Shown piece after piece: positions 1 to 11,092 of a stretch of 64,000 nt of DNA (position 1 is the stretch's first letter; the number at the start of each line of letters is the position of its first letter). The position numbers and the translations under genes were made by a program. The stretch spans positions 14,694,001 to 14,758,000 of the forward strand of contig CATNEN010000039.1 of the NCBI GenBank assembly GCA_950097015.1, given 5' to 3'. The DNA is from Macrostomum hystrix. Taxonomy: Eukaryota > Animalia > Platyhelminthes. The notes below the pieces were generated by a model, which saw nothing but the letters and a program-made list of their open reading frames with translations, was not told the origin of the DNA and did not search any database.

Positions 1-153
1 CAAGAATGTTACTGGGTACGAAGCGTTGCATTCGCAAGCAATAAATTTCAAAACCTAAAAATCACTCCGACAATCACTAACTCGTTAGTGCTTTTAAGTC
101 TTGCGCCGTTGCGACCGTTGGGACTTGCTTTCACAAGCCGTCAGTCAGACCAG

Positions 154-3033
154 TCAGGTGGACAGCTGCTTGACCAGGAAGCAGAGGGTCGTGAACAGTT
201 TGTCCGGCTCGATGTCTGTCGGGTTCTCGCCCATCAGCGAGCACAGCTGGTGATACAGACTGTACGCCAGCTGCTGCCGAGACACCAGCGCTGGGATCTC
301 CTTCGACGCCTGCTCCAGACTTGAGGACAATCTAGCAGACGGCTCGTCTGTATGGGCGCACTCCTCCTTGAGCTGAATCAGGCCCTTCTGTAGCTGCTCA
401 AGCTCCAGACTAACGGAAGGCAGGGAAACTTTCGGCACCTCGAAGTTGAACTGCTGACTAAGGCGCGCCAATTCCTCTGGCGTTAGCTTGCTTCGGGCAG
501 TTTTGCGAACAAAATCTAGAACGGTCTCACGGCCTGAACTGTCCGGGATGCGCGCGATGGTCTCTATGGAGGTCAATCGGAAACCGGGAGCGTAGCGCTT
601 CCGTCCGGAATTCATAAAGTTGCCCAGAACCAGAAAGTAGGTGAGCAGCTTCTGTAAGATGGGCCGGCAGGTGAGGCTTCGGCTGCAGGCCCTACTGAGG
701 CACTCGATCTTCTGGTTGCAGTCGCTGCAGCGGTCGCAGTAGGAGTCCAAGAAGGCAATGACCAGCAGCTTGCTAGGAACCCGCTCAATGCAGGCCAGAC
801 GGACGTAAAACTGGTCGGCTTCGCCAAGCTGGTGCAGGCGGCTCCGGTTTTTGGCAACCAGCTTGATCTCCGAGCGAGACGTTGGCAGGAACTTGTAGAG
901 AATCTCAGCCATTTCTCCGCTGACGACTTTCGTGTCGATCGCTTCAATCGCGCGGCAAATGTCCGCGTCTTCCACTCGAAAGCGACGCTTTGTGATGACC
1001 AGATTCTGGGCGGTCCTCTCGTCCAGTAAAACTGTCTTCTGTTCTTGCTCTGGCTGCTGTTGAAGTACGTGCTGCTGGTGCAGCTGTCGACCACCCGCAG
1101 GCCCCTTGGGACCAGGCGCTGTCTCCTTGGACGCAGGTCCGGGTCGATACAAGCGCCCTGGAGCTGCAGGCGTCATGTGACTGAATTTGCGTTGAAAGTC
1201 GCCTAGATCAATGTCCTTGAGCAGATTTTCCTGCTCCTGCTGAGCCGCCTCAAACACAGTTCCCTTCACTGTGTACAGCGGGTCCCAGTGGCAGGCTGGC
1301 AGATGAGTTCGACTGTTGATCAGGGCAGAGTAGTCCTCCTTCAGCCTGTCGTAGACTGACTCGTAGTATTCATTCTCTGGATCCTCGGCCGGCGGGCGAC
1401 CACCGCCGTCCACTGCTGACAGTGGCGGAGGCGGTGGGGGTGCTGGAGGCGGCGGAGGTGGCGGCGTTGGAAGCGGTGTCGGCGTCTGCTGGTGCTGCAG
1501 CCCGGTAGCCGTTGGCTTCAGTGTCGATGCCGGTGTCGCCGGCGCGGGAGTCGACTTTTTAGTTTTGAGATTCTCGAGCTCCTCAATGGCAAGGGTGAGC
1601 TTTTGATCACTTTGCGTCAACTTTTTCTCCAGGTGGTTTACCTCGTCTCGGAGCACTTCGTTGCGGGCCTCAGCAATGGAGGCTCTGTCGGCAATCAACT
1701 GGACATCGATGTGAAGTACCTTGATTTTCCCAATGAGCTCATCTAAGCAGTTTAAGGTGTACTTCTTTTCCAATTCATTTGTTTCGCTCACATTTTCAAG
1801 GCATTTTTCAAATGTCTCAAAGCTGTAGCCGTGAACCCGCAGGTGCTCGATTATGAAGACGCGTTGATCAAGAGTGACACAGTTCGTCAATAGGTTGTAG
1901 AAGGTCGAAACGATCGACAGCTTCACGCGAAGCTCCTGCAGCTCAGGGTTAGCTGGCGGGCTGTACATCAGATACCAGACAATGAAGGGCACAAGGCCAT
2001 CATCGCAACGCGGCTTAGTTGCCATGGAAACCTTATTTATTTTGTCCTTGCTAGCTGTAAATAGATAGTTAACCAGCTGATTGGTGCCAATGCTGCAAGA
2101 AGCTATCAAGGAGATGCAGTCGAATATACATGGCTGGACTTCAATGTCTGTTCGAGAGTAGAAAATTTTCACCAGTTCAGCGGACACTTCCAATGTGATG
2201 GCCTTGTTTCTAGTCTTTTCAGACCTAAAGAGAGCGTTCTTAAGACAAATTATAGCACAGATGACTGGTGCTGTGCCACACCTAGGCAGCGAAGCTAGAT
2301 GCTGTAGCAAGGCCTTCAGTTGAACAAAGACCCCTGCCTTCTGCAGCTCGTTCACATATGAGATATGGCCCTTGATCATGTCTGATTTGAGCTCGCAGCA
2401 GACCCTGGTGCACCTGGATTCCAGCTTTCGCTGAGCTTCGTTTTGTTGCTTCTTCTGCAGCTTTTTTGGGAAGCCCGCGTTTAGCGACGTGAGCGCTTTG
2501 AGGTGATGCTCAGGCATCCGCTTACACCGCTCGCGTTTCACCAGCAAAACCGCTTTCCAGAGATCCTCCAAAGATTCGTCGCGCTTTATCGACTCGGGAA
2601 ACTCGAGCTCCCGCAGCATCAGATACTTCTCCATCACAATGCGCTCCTCAGGCGGGCCTCCACCAGTAGCGGCCGCCTCCCAGTTGGCCTTGCGGTCGCT
2701 GTCCGTAAAAAGCGCCGGCACACCATAGTCTATGGCATTGTCTGACGCTGCGGCACCCGCCTGTACGCTGTCATAGACGTCGTGCACATCCGAGCCGCGC
2801 TTCAGGTCTTGCAGATCGCGCTTCAGCGATGTAGTTGACGAGTGACGCTGGAGGTACTTTGGAGGCGGCTCCACACCGCTGTCGGTGTCGTTGTTAGTTG
2901 TGGTGGCGCTGGCGCTGTCGGTGGCATCCGAGGAATTGTCTGAGGAGTTGCGACTCCGGTGCCGGCTCCGATGCCTTTCAGGCTGCCGATGTTTCTTGGC
3001 CTTTGCTTCAGCTTTTGTTTTTGAGTTCACCAT
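154..3033 (-). CDS. Formin, FMNL/FRL-like (GBD/FH3 - coiled coil - FH1 - FH2), single coding exon, ~959 aa
   Basis: First ATG is at 3033 (the track start at 3042 is TTG). Polyproline FH1 (PTPPPPPPPAPPPPPPL). FH2 motifs: lasso W...GTVF, AQNLVIT, FLPT, IERV..KL.VIAF, LGNFMN, GFRL.S, MGENP. A splice acceptor (ttttcag) lies ~47 nt upstream of the ATG. Confidence 0.9.
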   Translation of the reverse strand: MVNSKTKAEAKAKKHRQPERHRSRHRSRNSSDNSSDATDSASATTTNNDTDSGVEPPPKYLQRHSSTTSLKRDLQDLKRGSDVHDVYDSVQAGAAASDNAIDYGVPALFTDSDRKANWEAAATGGGPPEERIVMEKYLMLRELEFPESIKRDESLEDLWKAVLLVKRERCKRMPEHHLKALTSLNAGFPKKLQKKQQNEAQRKLESRCTRVCCELKSDMIKGHISYVNELQKAGVFVQLKALLQHLASLPRCGTAPVICAIICLKNALFRSEKTRNKAITLEVSAELVKIFYSRTDIEVQPCIFDCISLIASCSIGTNQLVNYLFTASKDKINKVSMATKPRCDDGLVPFIVWYLMYSPPANPELQELRVKLSIVSTFYNLLTNCVTLDQRVFIIEHLRVHGYSFETFEKCLENVSETNELEKKYTLNCLDELIGKIKVLHIDVQLIADRASIAEARNEVLRDEVNHLEKKLTQSDQKLTLAIEELENLKTKKSTPAPATPASTLKPTATGLQHQQTPTPLPTPPPPPPPAPPPPPPLSAVDGGGRPPAEDPENEYYESVYDRLKEDYSALINSRTHLPACHWDPLYTVKGTVFEAAQQEQENLLKDIDLGDFQRKFSHMTPAAPGRLYRPGPASKETAPGPKGPAGGRQLHQQHVLQQQPEQEQKTVLLDERTAQNLVITKRRFRVEDADICRAIEAIDTKVVSGEMAEILYKFLPTSRSEIKLVAKNRSRLHQLGEADQFYVRLACIERVPSKLLVIAFLDSYCDRCSDCNQKIECLSRACSRSLTCRPILQKLLTYFLVLGNFMNSGRKRYAPGFRLTSIETIARIPDSSGRETVLDFVRKTARSKLTPEELARLSQQFNFEVPKVSLPSVSLELEQLQKGLIQLKEECAHTDEPSARLSSSLEQASKEIPALVSRQQLAYSLYHQLCSLMGENPTDIEPDKLFTTLCFLVKQLST

Positions 3034-4857
3034 TGCTGGCAAGTATTTGTTAAATGGGCGTCACCAGAAGCTTTTTAATCTGAAAAGATTAAAGAATCTC
3101 AAAATAATTTTCTTCTTAAATCTACACTCGTAGTTTCTCGCCAGATTTTATAACGGCGTGTGAAAAATCAACTGTCGTCGGCACGGAGACTTATCAGGGC
3201 GTTAATGTCAACTCGCGGTGGCGCTAGCTGCTTCGTGAGAAAAATCTTCCGATTTTATTGTGAGAATCGTTTTGGAGCCACGCCTAATTTTATTTACGTG
3301 AAAACCAAGCCATTTTAGTTTCAATATATATTTTTTGTTTTCTTTCGAAAAATACGATAAACTGTCCCATAACTTATAAAAATAGACTGAAACAGTACAA
3401 CACAACTCGCTAATAAGGTGTTACGACTTTTGCCCAGGTATAAAATATCCGAAGTTAGTTACTAAAATAATACGCTAGCATAGCGTCGAGCAAAGTTAAA
3501 TACAACCACTAAAATAAAAATATGATTGAAAAAGTATTTATTTTATGACTTCAAAATTAACTATACAAGCTTACTCTATTTAAAAGAAACCAATCATAGC
3601 ATATGCTGAGAGATGGGGAATTGTATTAAACAGAATCTTGCACGCACATGTGTTACACATATGTTCATGCATTTAAGTCGGCAGGTAGACAGATGCAAAA
3701 AATATCTGATATCCAGTATCGTACGCTCGTAATTGACTATTAAAAAGCACATATGTTACTTGCCCTTTCCTGCGACTGATAAACATCATCTAGCCTATTT
3801 TACTAGGTAGCTGTATATACATATTTACTAATATAACGGTACATGCTCCGGCCAGAGATAAAAATAAATGGTAGGGCTGTTATAAATTAGAGAATTTGCA
3901 AAAGCAGACTTGTGTTAGTGTGTTTTGTAGCACACTAAAACTAACCGGCTAACCACGCTTGATTTTTTTGAGGTTTGTTACATTTTATAGCTCAGAGTTG
4001 GGCCAGCAGATACCCTTAGAAGGTTTGTAAGAAATGTGACCATATCCCCGCGGAATCGCCTTTTTGAGACGGATTGCAAGAATTGACTACTATCACTACA
4101 GTACAAAGCTCTACTATAACGATGTGTATTCTAGTGCTCCTTGTCATTTACGTTATAAGAATACGGACACATAAATAAGTTTATGGACAGAAGCCCAACT
4201 GACAATTCTGAATTTTTCGCAATATATTGATTAAAGTTTGTAAAGTTTCAAATTAAACTTCAGTTTTAATGTAAATGTTTTCCGGTCACAGTATCTATTT
4301 AAAAGCTTTACAAACAGGAAAAACAAAACTACTTTAAAATGCACACTAAAAAGCATACTATTCGTGCGCAGCGTGTAGAAACTACTAAGATTTTACTTTT
4401 ATTATTTGCCTAAATAAAGAAACATGTTTATTGTTCTCTAAAAAATTATCTCTACTTAAAATGGTTAAGATCGAAGAATTTTCTCTGAACAAGGAACTTT
4501 CAGAATACGTTAATTGCGGGATAGTACTCTTTTGTTTTTAGTGTAAATCCAGTTGCTTAATATTATAGGGTGAAAAGCTAGTGCTTAGTAATAATAAGAA
4601 ATGTGTGCTTCTTTGTCTTATCTTTTAAAGTATTTTAATGTGGATGGTAATGTAGTGCATTGCGCTTGCGCTTTTGGATTTGATAGTGTACATTGGTGTG
4701 CGATTCACTATTTAGACTGTGTATGATGCTTTTTATTTTAATTGAGCTATTTTTTGCAGAGCATGGACCTAATTTTTCGTATGGTACAGAAGTTAGAAAA
4801 ATCTAACACTTATTCTTATTTCTTAGCACTTTTTATGTCAAGTGATCAGATGCAAAG

Positions 4858-5413
4858 CCATAGTCCGGATCATGCTGGACTTACGCCGGAGGAAAAATCC
4901 AACATTTTTTGGCACTTACGCCAGACTTACGCCAACCAAAAAAAGGTCCCTCTGACTTACGCCACCCAAAAAAGGTCCTTCACAGTTCTTGTTAATCGGT
5001 GATTAATTAAATTCAGAAGTTGCAACTGTTTAAAAATCTCACAAGTTGCAAATTCTGAATCAAGTATCAAAGTAAGCATCTTAAAGCTAAAAAATCTTTT
5101 GCTATCCTACAATAGATATTCTGCTATCTCATTTATATGAACTGCAATATTTTAATGAACAATGTTTTAATGCTGCTCCTTAACATCATAATTAACGCAA
5201 ATGTGTTATGTTCTATAGTGATACATTTGATCGTGAATGATCTCATTTGTGCTAACATTTACACCACTTGATTATTGCCATGTACTTACGCCAAGCACTT
5301 ACGCCAAGGCACATTTTGGCCTATACTTACGCCAAGCACTTACGCCAGCCTCCGATCCCAAACCAGATTTACGCTGGAAATCTCTGGCGTAAATGACATG
5401 ATCCGGACTATGG
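4858..5413. mobile_element. MITE (non-autonomous DNA transposon, hAT/P-type 8-bp TSD)
   Basis: Perfect 17-bp TIR CCATAGTCCGGATCATG...CATGATCCGGACTATGG. TSD ATGCAAAG at 4850-4857 and 5414-5421. Multiple subterminal CTTACGCC motifs at both ends. Confidence 0.9.
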
Positions 5414-5667
5414 ATGCAAAGACATGCAAATCAGGCAAACAAGCATGGTGTGGCTAGCCCTGAAGCAATATAGCCGGTATTTGTTTTTGTGTAGGAACGA
5501 GACGCTAAAACAGAGCAAAAAAGCAAAGCAAGAATAAGAATAATGATCTTTTGACAAGTTATTATTGCTCTAGCTGTATCAGTTTTCAGTAGGCCTAGAT
5601 TAGATATGTCTGCTTTAGGACCATGCCTTTTTGTATGAATAAAATTTCTATGAAAGAAGAGGTTGTA

Positions 5668-5935
5668 GACTAGTAGTTATGGACGCCTACTCACGACTTG
5701 AAGGTAGGGGGTTTGATTCCTGACTTCACTAGAACAATTTGTGTCCTTTAGCAAGACATTGCTTGAGTTCTCCTAGCTTGTAAATGGGTACCAGCATTAG
5801 CTGGAGTAATTGAAGGTGGGTGTCGCACCCTCAGTCCATGGACTGAGCAGCTGTAGCCTTCAGATGCACCATATAATAGCTGCAACTGTGCTGTTGGCTT
5901 CTTGGCTACACATGTGACCCAAACAGGGCAGGTGT
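5668..5935 (+). mobile_element. Degenerate tRNA-derived SINE (CORE-like centre)
   Basis: B-box-like GGTTTGATTCC, then GTGTCCTTTAGCAAGACA...GTAAATGGGTACCAGCATTAGCTGG. Homologous to 20440-20665 and 10420-10580. Boundaries approximate. Confidence 0.65.
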
Positions 5936-6990
5936 AATGATTAATTTAGTAATTGAACAAATTTATTAATGATTTATTATTATGAATAAACTGATTTCTA
6001 AGAAACTTAAAGGTCTAGCTTGATTAGCTATATTAAAATTCAGAATAGTTTTCTGAAAGTTGAAAAATTTGTTTAATACAACTTTGATTATATTTGTTTT
6101 GTTATGTTTTATTTGTTTATGGGCATATGGCCACCCATTCTCTTGCCTATAAAGATTAATGAACCCAAATGTGTTTTTTATATATGTCTAGGTATGTAAA
6201 GCATACAAGGTTTAAAACAAAGTTATGTTAGACCTAATTAAAATATAATTTTTATTGATATATTACATGGTATGGAAACCTAATAAGTTGACAATGGCTA
6301 TATCATTTATGCCCTATGTCATAGCTACATGAAGAGACATTGTACAAAAATGTCTCATAAAATAAAATATTAGAATCATTTTTTAAATCACAAGTTTTTA
6401 ATAGTAACTAGTTTATAGGGGTAAGTGGCTGAACAGTTTACATGTTTGCCTCTTGAACCAAGGTCCCTTGTATGGTGTGTTATATGGTGAAAAAACTAAG
6501 TATGTTACATCAATTTTCTTATATTAAAAAGCAAAAATTATGATATTTTTTGTTTGAAATAAGAAAAAAAACAAAAACTATCCACAACTTTGTGTTACCA
6601 AGAAATATATTAGGTCTAAAAGTTTGTTAAAACCAGTCTTGGCACCTAAATGGCATTTAGCCTGTCAGTAAAGCTATTGTTGTCACTAGGATGTCAAAGG
6701 TATTGAATCAGTTCTGTTTTATAACTGTTGCTACAAAGTCTGGTATAGTTTAATGATGTTTTAGTACTTGATTACTGTAATTACTATATTTCTATTATTG
6801 TTGTAAATTGAAATAGTTTTCTATTTTTGTAATGAATAAAAAATTTTTGTAGTCGAGATATCCGCTTGAATTAAGATTATTTTCGTTAGAAACATAAGTT
6901 AATAGATCTGTGCTGTTACATAACCTGAGCAATAGTTAACTTTATGTATAAATTGATTCCCTCCATTGCAGAAATGAATATTTGCCTGCG

Positions 6991-8607
6991 ATGCAGGCTG
7001 GCTCCTCCATTGTAGTCACTAGTGGGAGCAAGCTGCCCCAGATTTATCCTTGGCCAGTTGGCAGCAATTTTTACCAGCTGGCTGCGCCAACCGTCAGTCA
7101 ACAGGTGGCTGGCGTGGCCAATGCGGCTGCGTCTAATTCTGTCAACACACCCCGAGAAGAGCATAGAGGTTCATCTGTAGCCTACTCGCAGGAGGAGCTT
7201 AGAAAATTCCGCGCTCTACCGAGAACTGTACAAGAATCTTTATTTGGCTATGAAACTCTGGTTCGGAGTTGCTTTATTGATTATGCCATCAACGGAGATG
7301 CATCAAAGTCGATTGAAGACCTAGTTAGAGGAGCGCCCGAGTTTCTTCAAACGGTCGACAATCGGCTATACGGCGAAAGTCCGCTAGGCAAAGCGCTTTT
7401 GAAAAAGAACCAAGAGGCTAGTCGATGCTTTATCAGGCTGGCCGACAGTAGCGGTCAGAGAAATGCGGTTCTGTCGCATAGGAACTCCGCTGGCCACACT
7501 CTCTTAATGCTGGCCGTAGATTTAGACAGTTCAGATTGCAAAGATATTCTTGTCGCACTTTTGCAATATTATCCTGCTCAAATCTATCGGTTTTATGATG
7601 GCGAGGGTCGCAACGTGTTCCACTTTTGCGCTGTCGACAGGTACGCAGCCTCATTTCGGATCATTTTGGACGCTGTGCTACAAATGGACACCGTAGAGAT
7701 TAGCAAGTCGAGCATACTTGAAGCTTTAGACATGACGGATCGATTCCATAAGACGCCAATTCACTACATTGCCGAGTCTGGCGACATTGAAATGTTTAAC
7801 ATGCTGGACTCTTTTGCTCGAAGCAGATCCATTGTAGTGGACTATGATAGCCGCTTCAAGACTAGTGTTAGCAAGACTCCACTGATGGTTGCAGTCGAGT
7901 CGAATCATTTCGATGTTTGCAAATGGCTGCTAGAGAAAGGCCACGTTGATGTCTCAGTAAAGCAGCCAGTCTCATGTTTCACAGCGCTGCACTTTGCAGT
8001 CAAGTTAGGAAGGCCTGAACTCATTGGACTGCTCAGATTGCACGGAGCATCGTCTGAGTTCTATGATGACGAGTGCGAGATGCTTGAGAATTACAAAACA
8101 CCGCTAGAATTGGTTAAAGAGGATTATCAGATTCCTAACAGAGAAATTTGTCTGGAATACCTATTAAAAGATAAGAGTCACTTCAAGCGCAAATATGAAT
8201 ACACGGTGGACTCACTTCCTAGAACTCTCTCAGTAGCTGGGCCGTCGTCTCTCTCGTCGCCATCTTCCTCTCAATCTGAGGCGCAGCAGTTTAATCCCGC
8301 AGAATTTCTTCGCAAAAAGAAAATTGTGACAGACCTGCAGCTGTTTAGCAGCGAACGTCGAGGTGAACTGTCGTTGCGTCTTGCTCGACTCGGCAAATCA
8401 GAGCTGTTCGTTGATCAGCTTATGAAGTACGTGCCTGATCTGGAGGCTGATTTCAAGTACATCGTCAGCTCTTCAGACCCGGTCTTCAATGCCATAACAG
8501 TCTTATCCGACACTGAACAGGCGTCTCGATTTGTGATCAAACAGGTGCTGCTAGACATTGAGGCCGACGAGCTTGTCGAACTGGTGATTCCGGCAACTAC
8601 CTCCTAA
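6991..8607 (+). CDS. Ankyrin-repeat protein with C-terminal death-fold-like domain; NF-kB p105/p100 C-terminal-half (IkB-gamma)-like, copy 1
   Basis: Six full and one partial ANK repeat, pre-ANK motif FIDYAINGD, Ser-rich linker, helical C-terminal domain at ~8326-8590. First in-frame ATG at 6991. An acceptor at 6971 (ccattgcag) leaves open an upstream coding exon. Confidence 0.8.
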   Translation: MQAGSSIVVTSGSKLPQIYPWPVGSNFYQLAAPTVSQQVAGVANAAASNSVNTPREEHRGSSVAYSQEELRKFRALPRTVQESLFGYETLVRSCFIDYAINGDASKSIEDLVRGAPEFLQTVDNRLYGESPLGKALLKKNQEASRCFIRLADSSGQRNAVLSHRNSAGHTLLMLAVDLDSSDCKDILVALLQYYPAQIYRFYDGEGRNVFHFCAVDRYAASFRIILDAVLQMDTVEISKSSILEALDMTDRFHKTPIHYIAESGDIEMFNMLDSFARSRSIVVDYDSRFKTSVSKTPLMVAVESNHFDVCKWLLEKGHVDVSVKQPVSCFTALHFAVKLGRPELIGLLRLHGASSEFYDDECEMLENYKTPLELVKEDYQIPNREICLEYLLKDKSHFKRKYEYTVDSLPRTLSVAGPSSLSSPSSSQSEAQQFNPAEFLRKKKIVTDLQLFSSERRGELSLRLARLGKSELFVDQLMKYVPDLEADFKYIVSSSDPVFNAITVLSDTEQASRFVIKQVLLDIEADELVELVIPATTS

Positions 8608-10419
8608 GTAACTAGATGATGGCGGGCTTCGTGTTAGTTTTCGTTGGCAAGTTTAGATGTATTCCAATATTGTTTTAAACTAGGTTTCATCTAGTGTCAA
8701 GTGTCTCATCTTTGTTGTTTGAAATTCATGATACAGCTATACGTGACGAACTATGTCGATGGGTGATTAAAAACCTATTCCTTTAAAGGCCACATTGTGT
8801 GCCAAAATAAGCCGAAATTACATTTGCATCTATTGAATTTGTATGACTGACAGGGCATAAAACGCCAGGCTTTAGGTTATATGACTCTTTGAGATTGAGC
8901 TGAAAAACATCAGTCGTTCTTAAAGACCTCGGACCTTCTTAACTGAGGCTTCTGTAGCCCGTATAGGTCAAGTTTTTTCTACCAGACGTTGCACCATCCA
9001 TACAACTCAAGGTTATTTTTCTGATTATTCAGCTGCTTCCAAGCTGGACAGAGGCGAATGCTGTGATGCATTGAGCTAATTTTAAGTTGCTCGCACTTAA
9101 GGATAAATCGGCATCTTGTTCGCTAGCACTTAAAATCTGTACATCTGTACATCTGTACATACATAAGTCAAGACAAGCAGAACTTTTTAATCACCCGTCG
9201 GTAAAGTTGTTAAAGACTGTTAGAAAAATATCTATTTGTTTTTTAATGTTGTTTTTTCTTACCTTTCTTAGTAATAAATATTATAAAAGTCATTCTCAAT
9301 GTGCCTTTGCAAACAGTGTTTTTTCTGGCAGCTCGATTGTGCACGCATTCACATCGATTGCTGAAGACACGCGTGTTTCTTGGGAATTAAAAATTGTGTA
9401 ATAAAATTTTGTTGTTCTTTAAAACTATTTGATCATTGCCAATATAGTGGACTGCTTGAATCACTACTTTAGCGCACTGTCAACTAGTGCGTCAACTAGT
9501 TTTTTGAATCAGAACTTCTTGATGCACATTTGCCCTTTCTGACTTATAACTGTTGTGCTGCACAGCGATGAAGTAATAGAATGTAATTCTGCGACTAGTG
9601 CGGACATTCCTGTATTGAATTCTAATCTCCACCACATCATAATCAAAGTGTTGCACAATGGTAGCGTATCACATCAAACAAAATTTCGTCTAACCCTCCC
9701 CCAGGTACACTGCCTGACGACGAAAAAAGTCATAAGGTTAAAAATCATCACTATGCAATTTACTTTTGTTAAAAAAATTGACGTAGTTCTTGTTAAATTG
9801 TTATTTTTTAATTATGAAGACGACTTCCAATTCTGCTTCTAATTCGAAAACAATTTTTTTCGTAACAAACTAGAAGCATTGTCGAATGTCTGAAGCGAAA
9901 TTGTCTTTGACCTTCTATTGATTTAGTTAATTTTGTCGCATATTTTTCCTGGCGTTTTGTATGAAATATGACGAATTGCGACATGCTATCACATAGTTTA
10001 AAATTAATTTTGTTCACCCAATGTATTACGCTAATTACTAAGCTATATTTAATGTCAATGTACAGGTTCAGTTATGAGTATACGAAGTATATATTAATGA
10101 TATTACTCTACTGATCTTCGCACAATTAGTCCGATGGCGGACTAGTTAGATGTACAGTGCTTGAAATAAACAACACGTGCAGTTTGTGCTTTATGCTATA
10201 ACTGTTGCGTGCTCTGCAGCTGTAATAAAGGGGTGACCGACTGCCGCTAGATTTGCGAAGTGGCTCATCACATTCGATTTCATTAGTCTAATATGTCTCA
10301 AAATTTTAAGTGTTTTTTTTCAAAATTTTTGATTAGATTGTTCTGTATTATGTACCCTAGAGAGATACATAAAGGAAATTAGCCCTAGCCCATACGTTCA
10401 GCCAGAGCCATATCCGCAG

Positions 10420-10580
10420 CTATTGCGCAACGCTTCCAAAGGCTGTGTGTGTACAACTGCTTAGTCCGTGGACTCAGAGAGGCCATCGCACCCAACCTAA
10501 ATTTCTATCAAGCAGAGATCCGAACTCCCGACCTCTGGGTCAGAAGTTCAGAGCACTAACCATTGGTCTTAACCGCTTTA
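10420..10580 (-). mobile_element. Internally deleted SINE of the same family
   Basis: Minus strand reads TGGTTAGTGCT...GGGAGTTCGGATC (A/B boxes), then GGTTGGGTG...AGTCCACGGACTAAGCAGTTGTA, matching the 3' part of the 5668 copy. Confidence 0.55.
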
Positions 10581-11092
10581 ACCAAATGACCCATTTTGTG
10601 AAAGCCCACCATGTGGATCAAAGTTTTCCACCCTTCGCAATGAACTAGCTTTCAAAGTCGTCGGAGTCAGCGTCCAGATATTCAGCGATTCTTGTCTAAG
10701 ACCCAGGTGACAAGGACAAAAGACATTACTCTGTATAAACCTCTATGGTGAGTCATATTGGTTATCTTATATGCGAGTAATATAATATTTTCTGAGCAGA
10801 AAAATGATGCCTATATTCGTGAATTTGGCACCAGACACTTCGACAAGAATCGTTGAATATCTTGCCGATGACGATGTTTTTTGTTATTCTGGAACTTTTT
10901 TCATCAGAAAGAGCGGAAAATTTAGTTCGTGATTCTGCATTTTCATGGGTGATAGGTTGAATATTTTGAGAGATGCATGAGAAAAAAAATGTGGATATTT
11001 GAAATCCCCTAAAAATGCGTTTTGATAAAAAAATTTCTGACAGTAAATTAAATAAATCAGTTCCAGAGTGCATTGCTGGCTGGTTGCATTGG

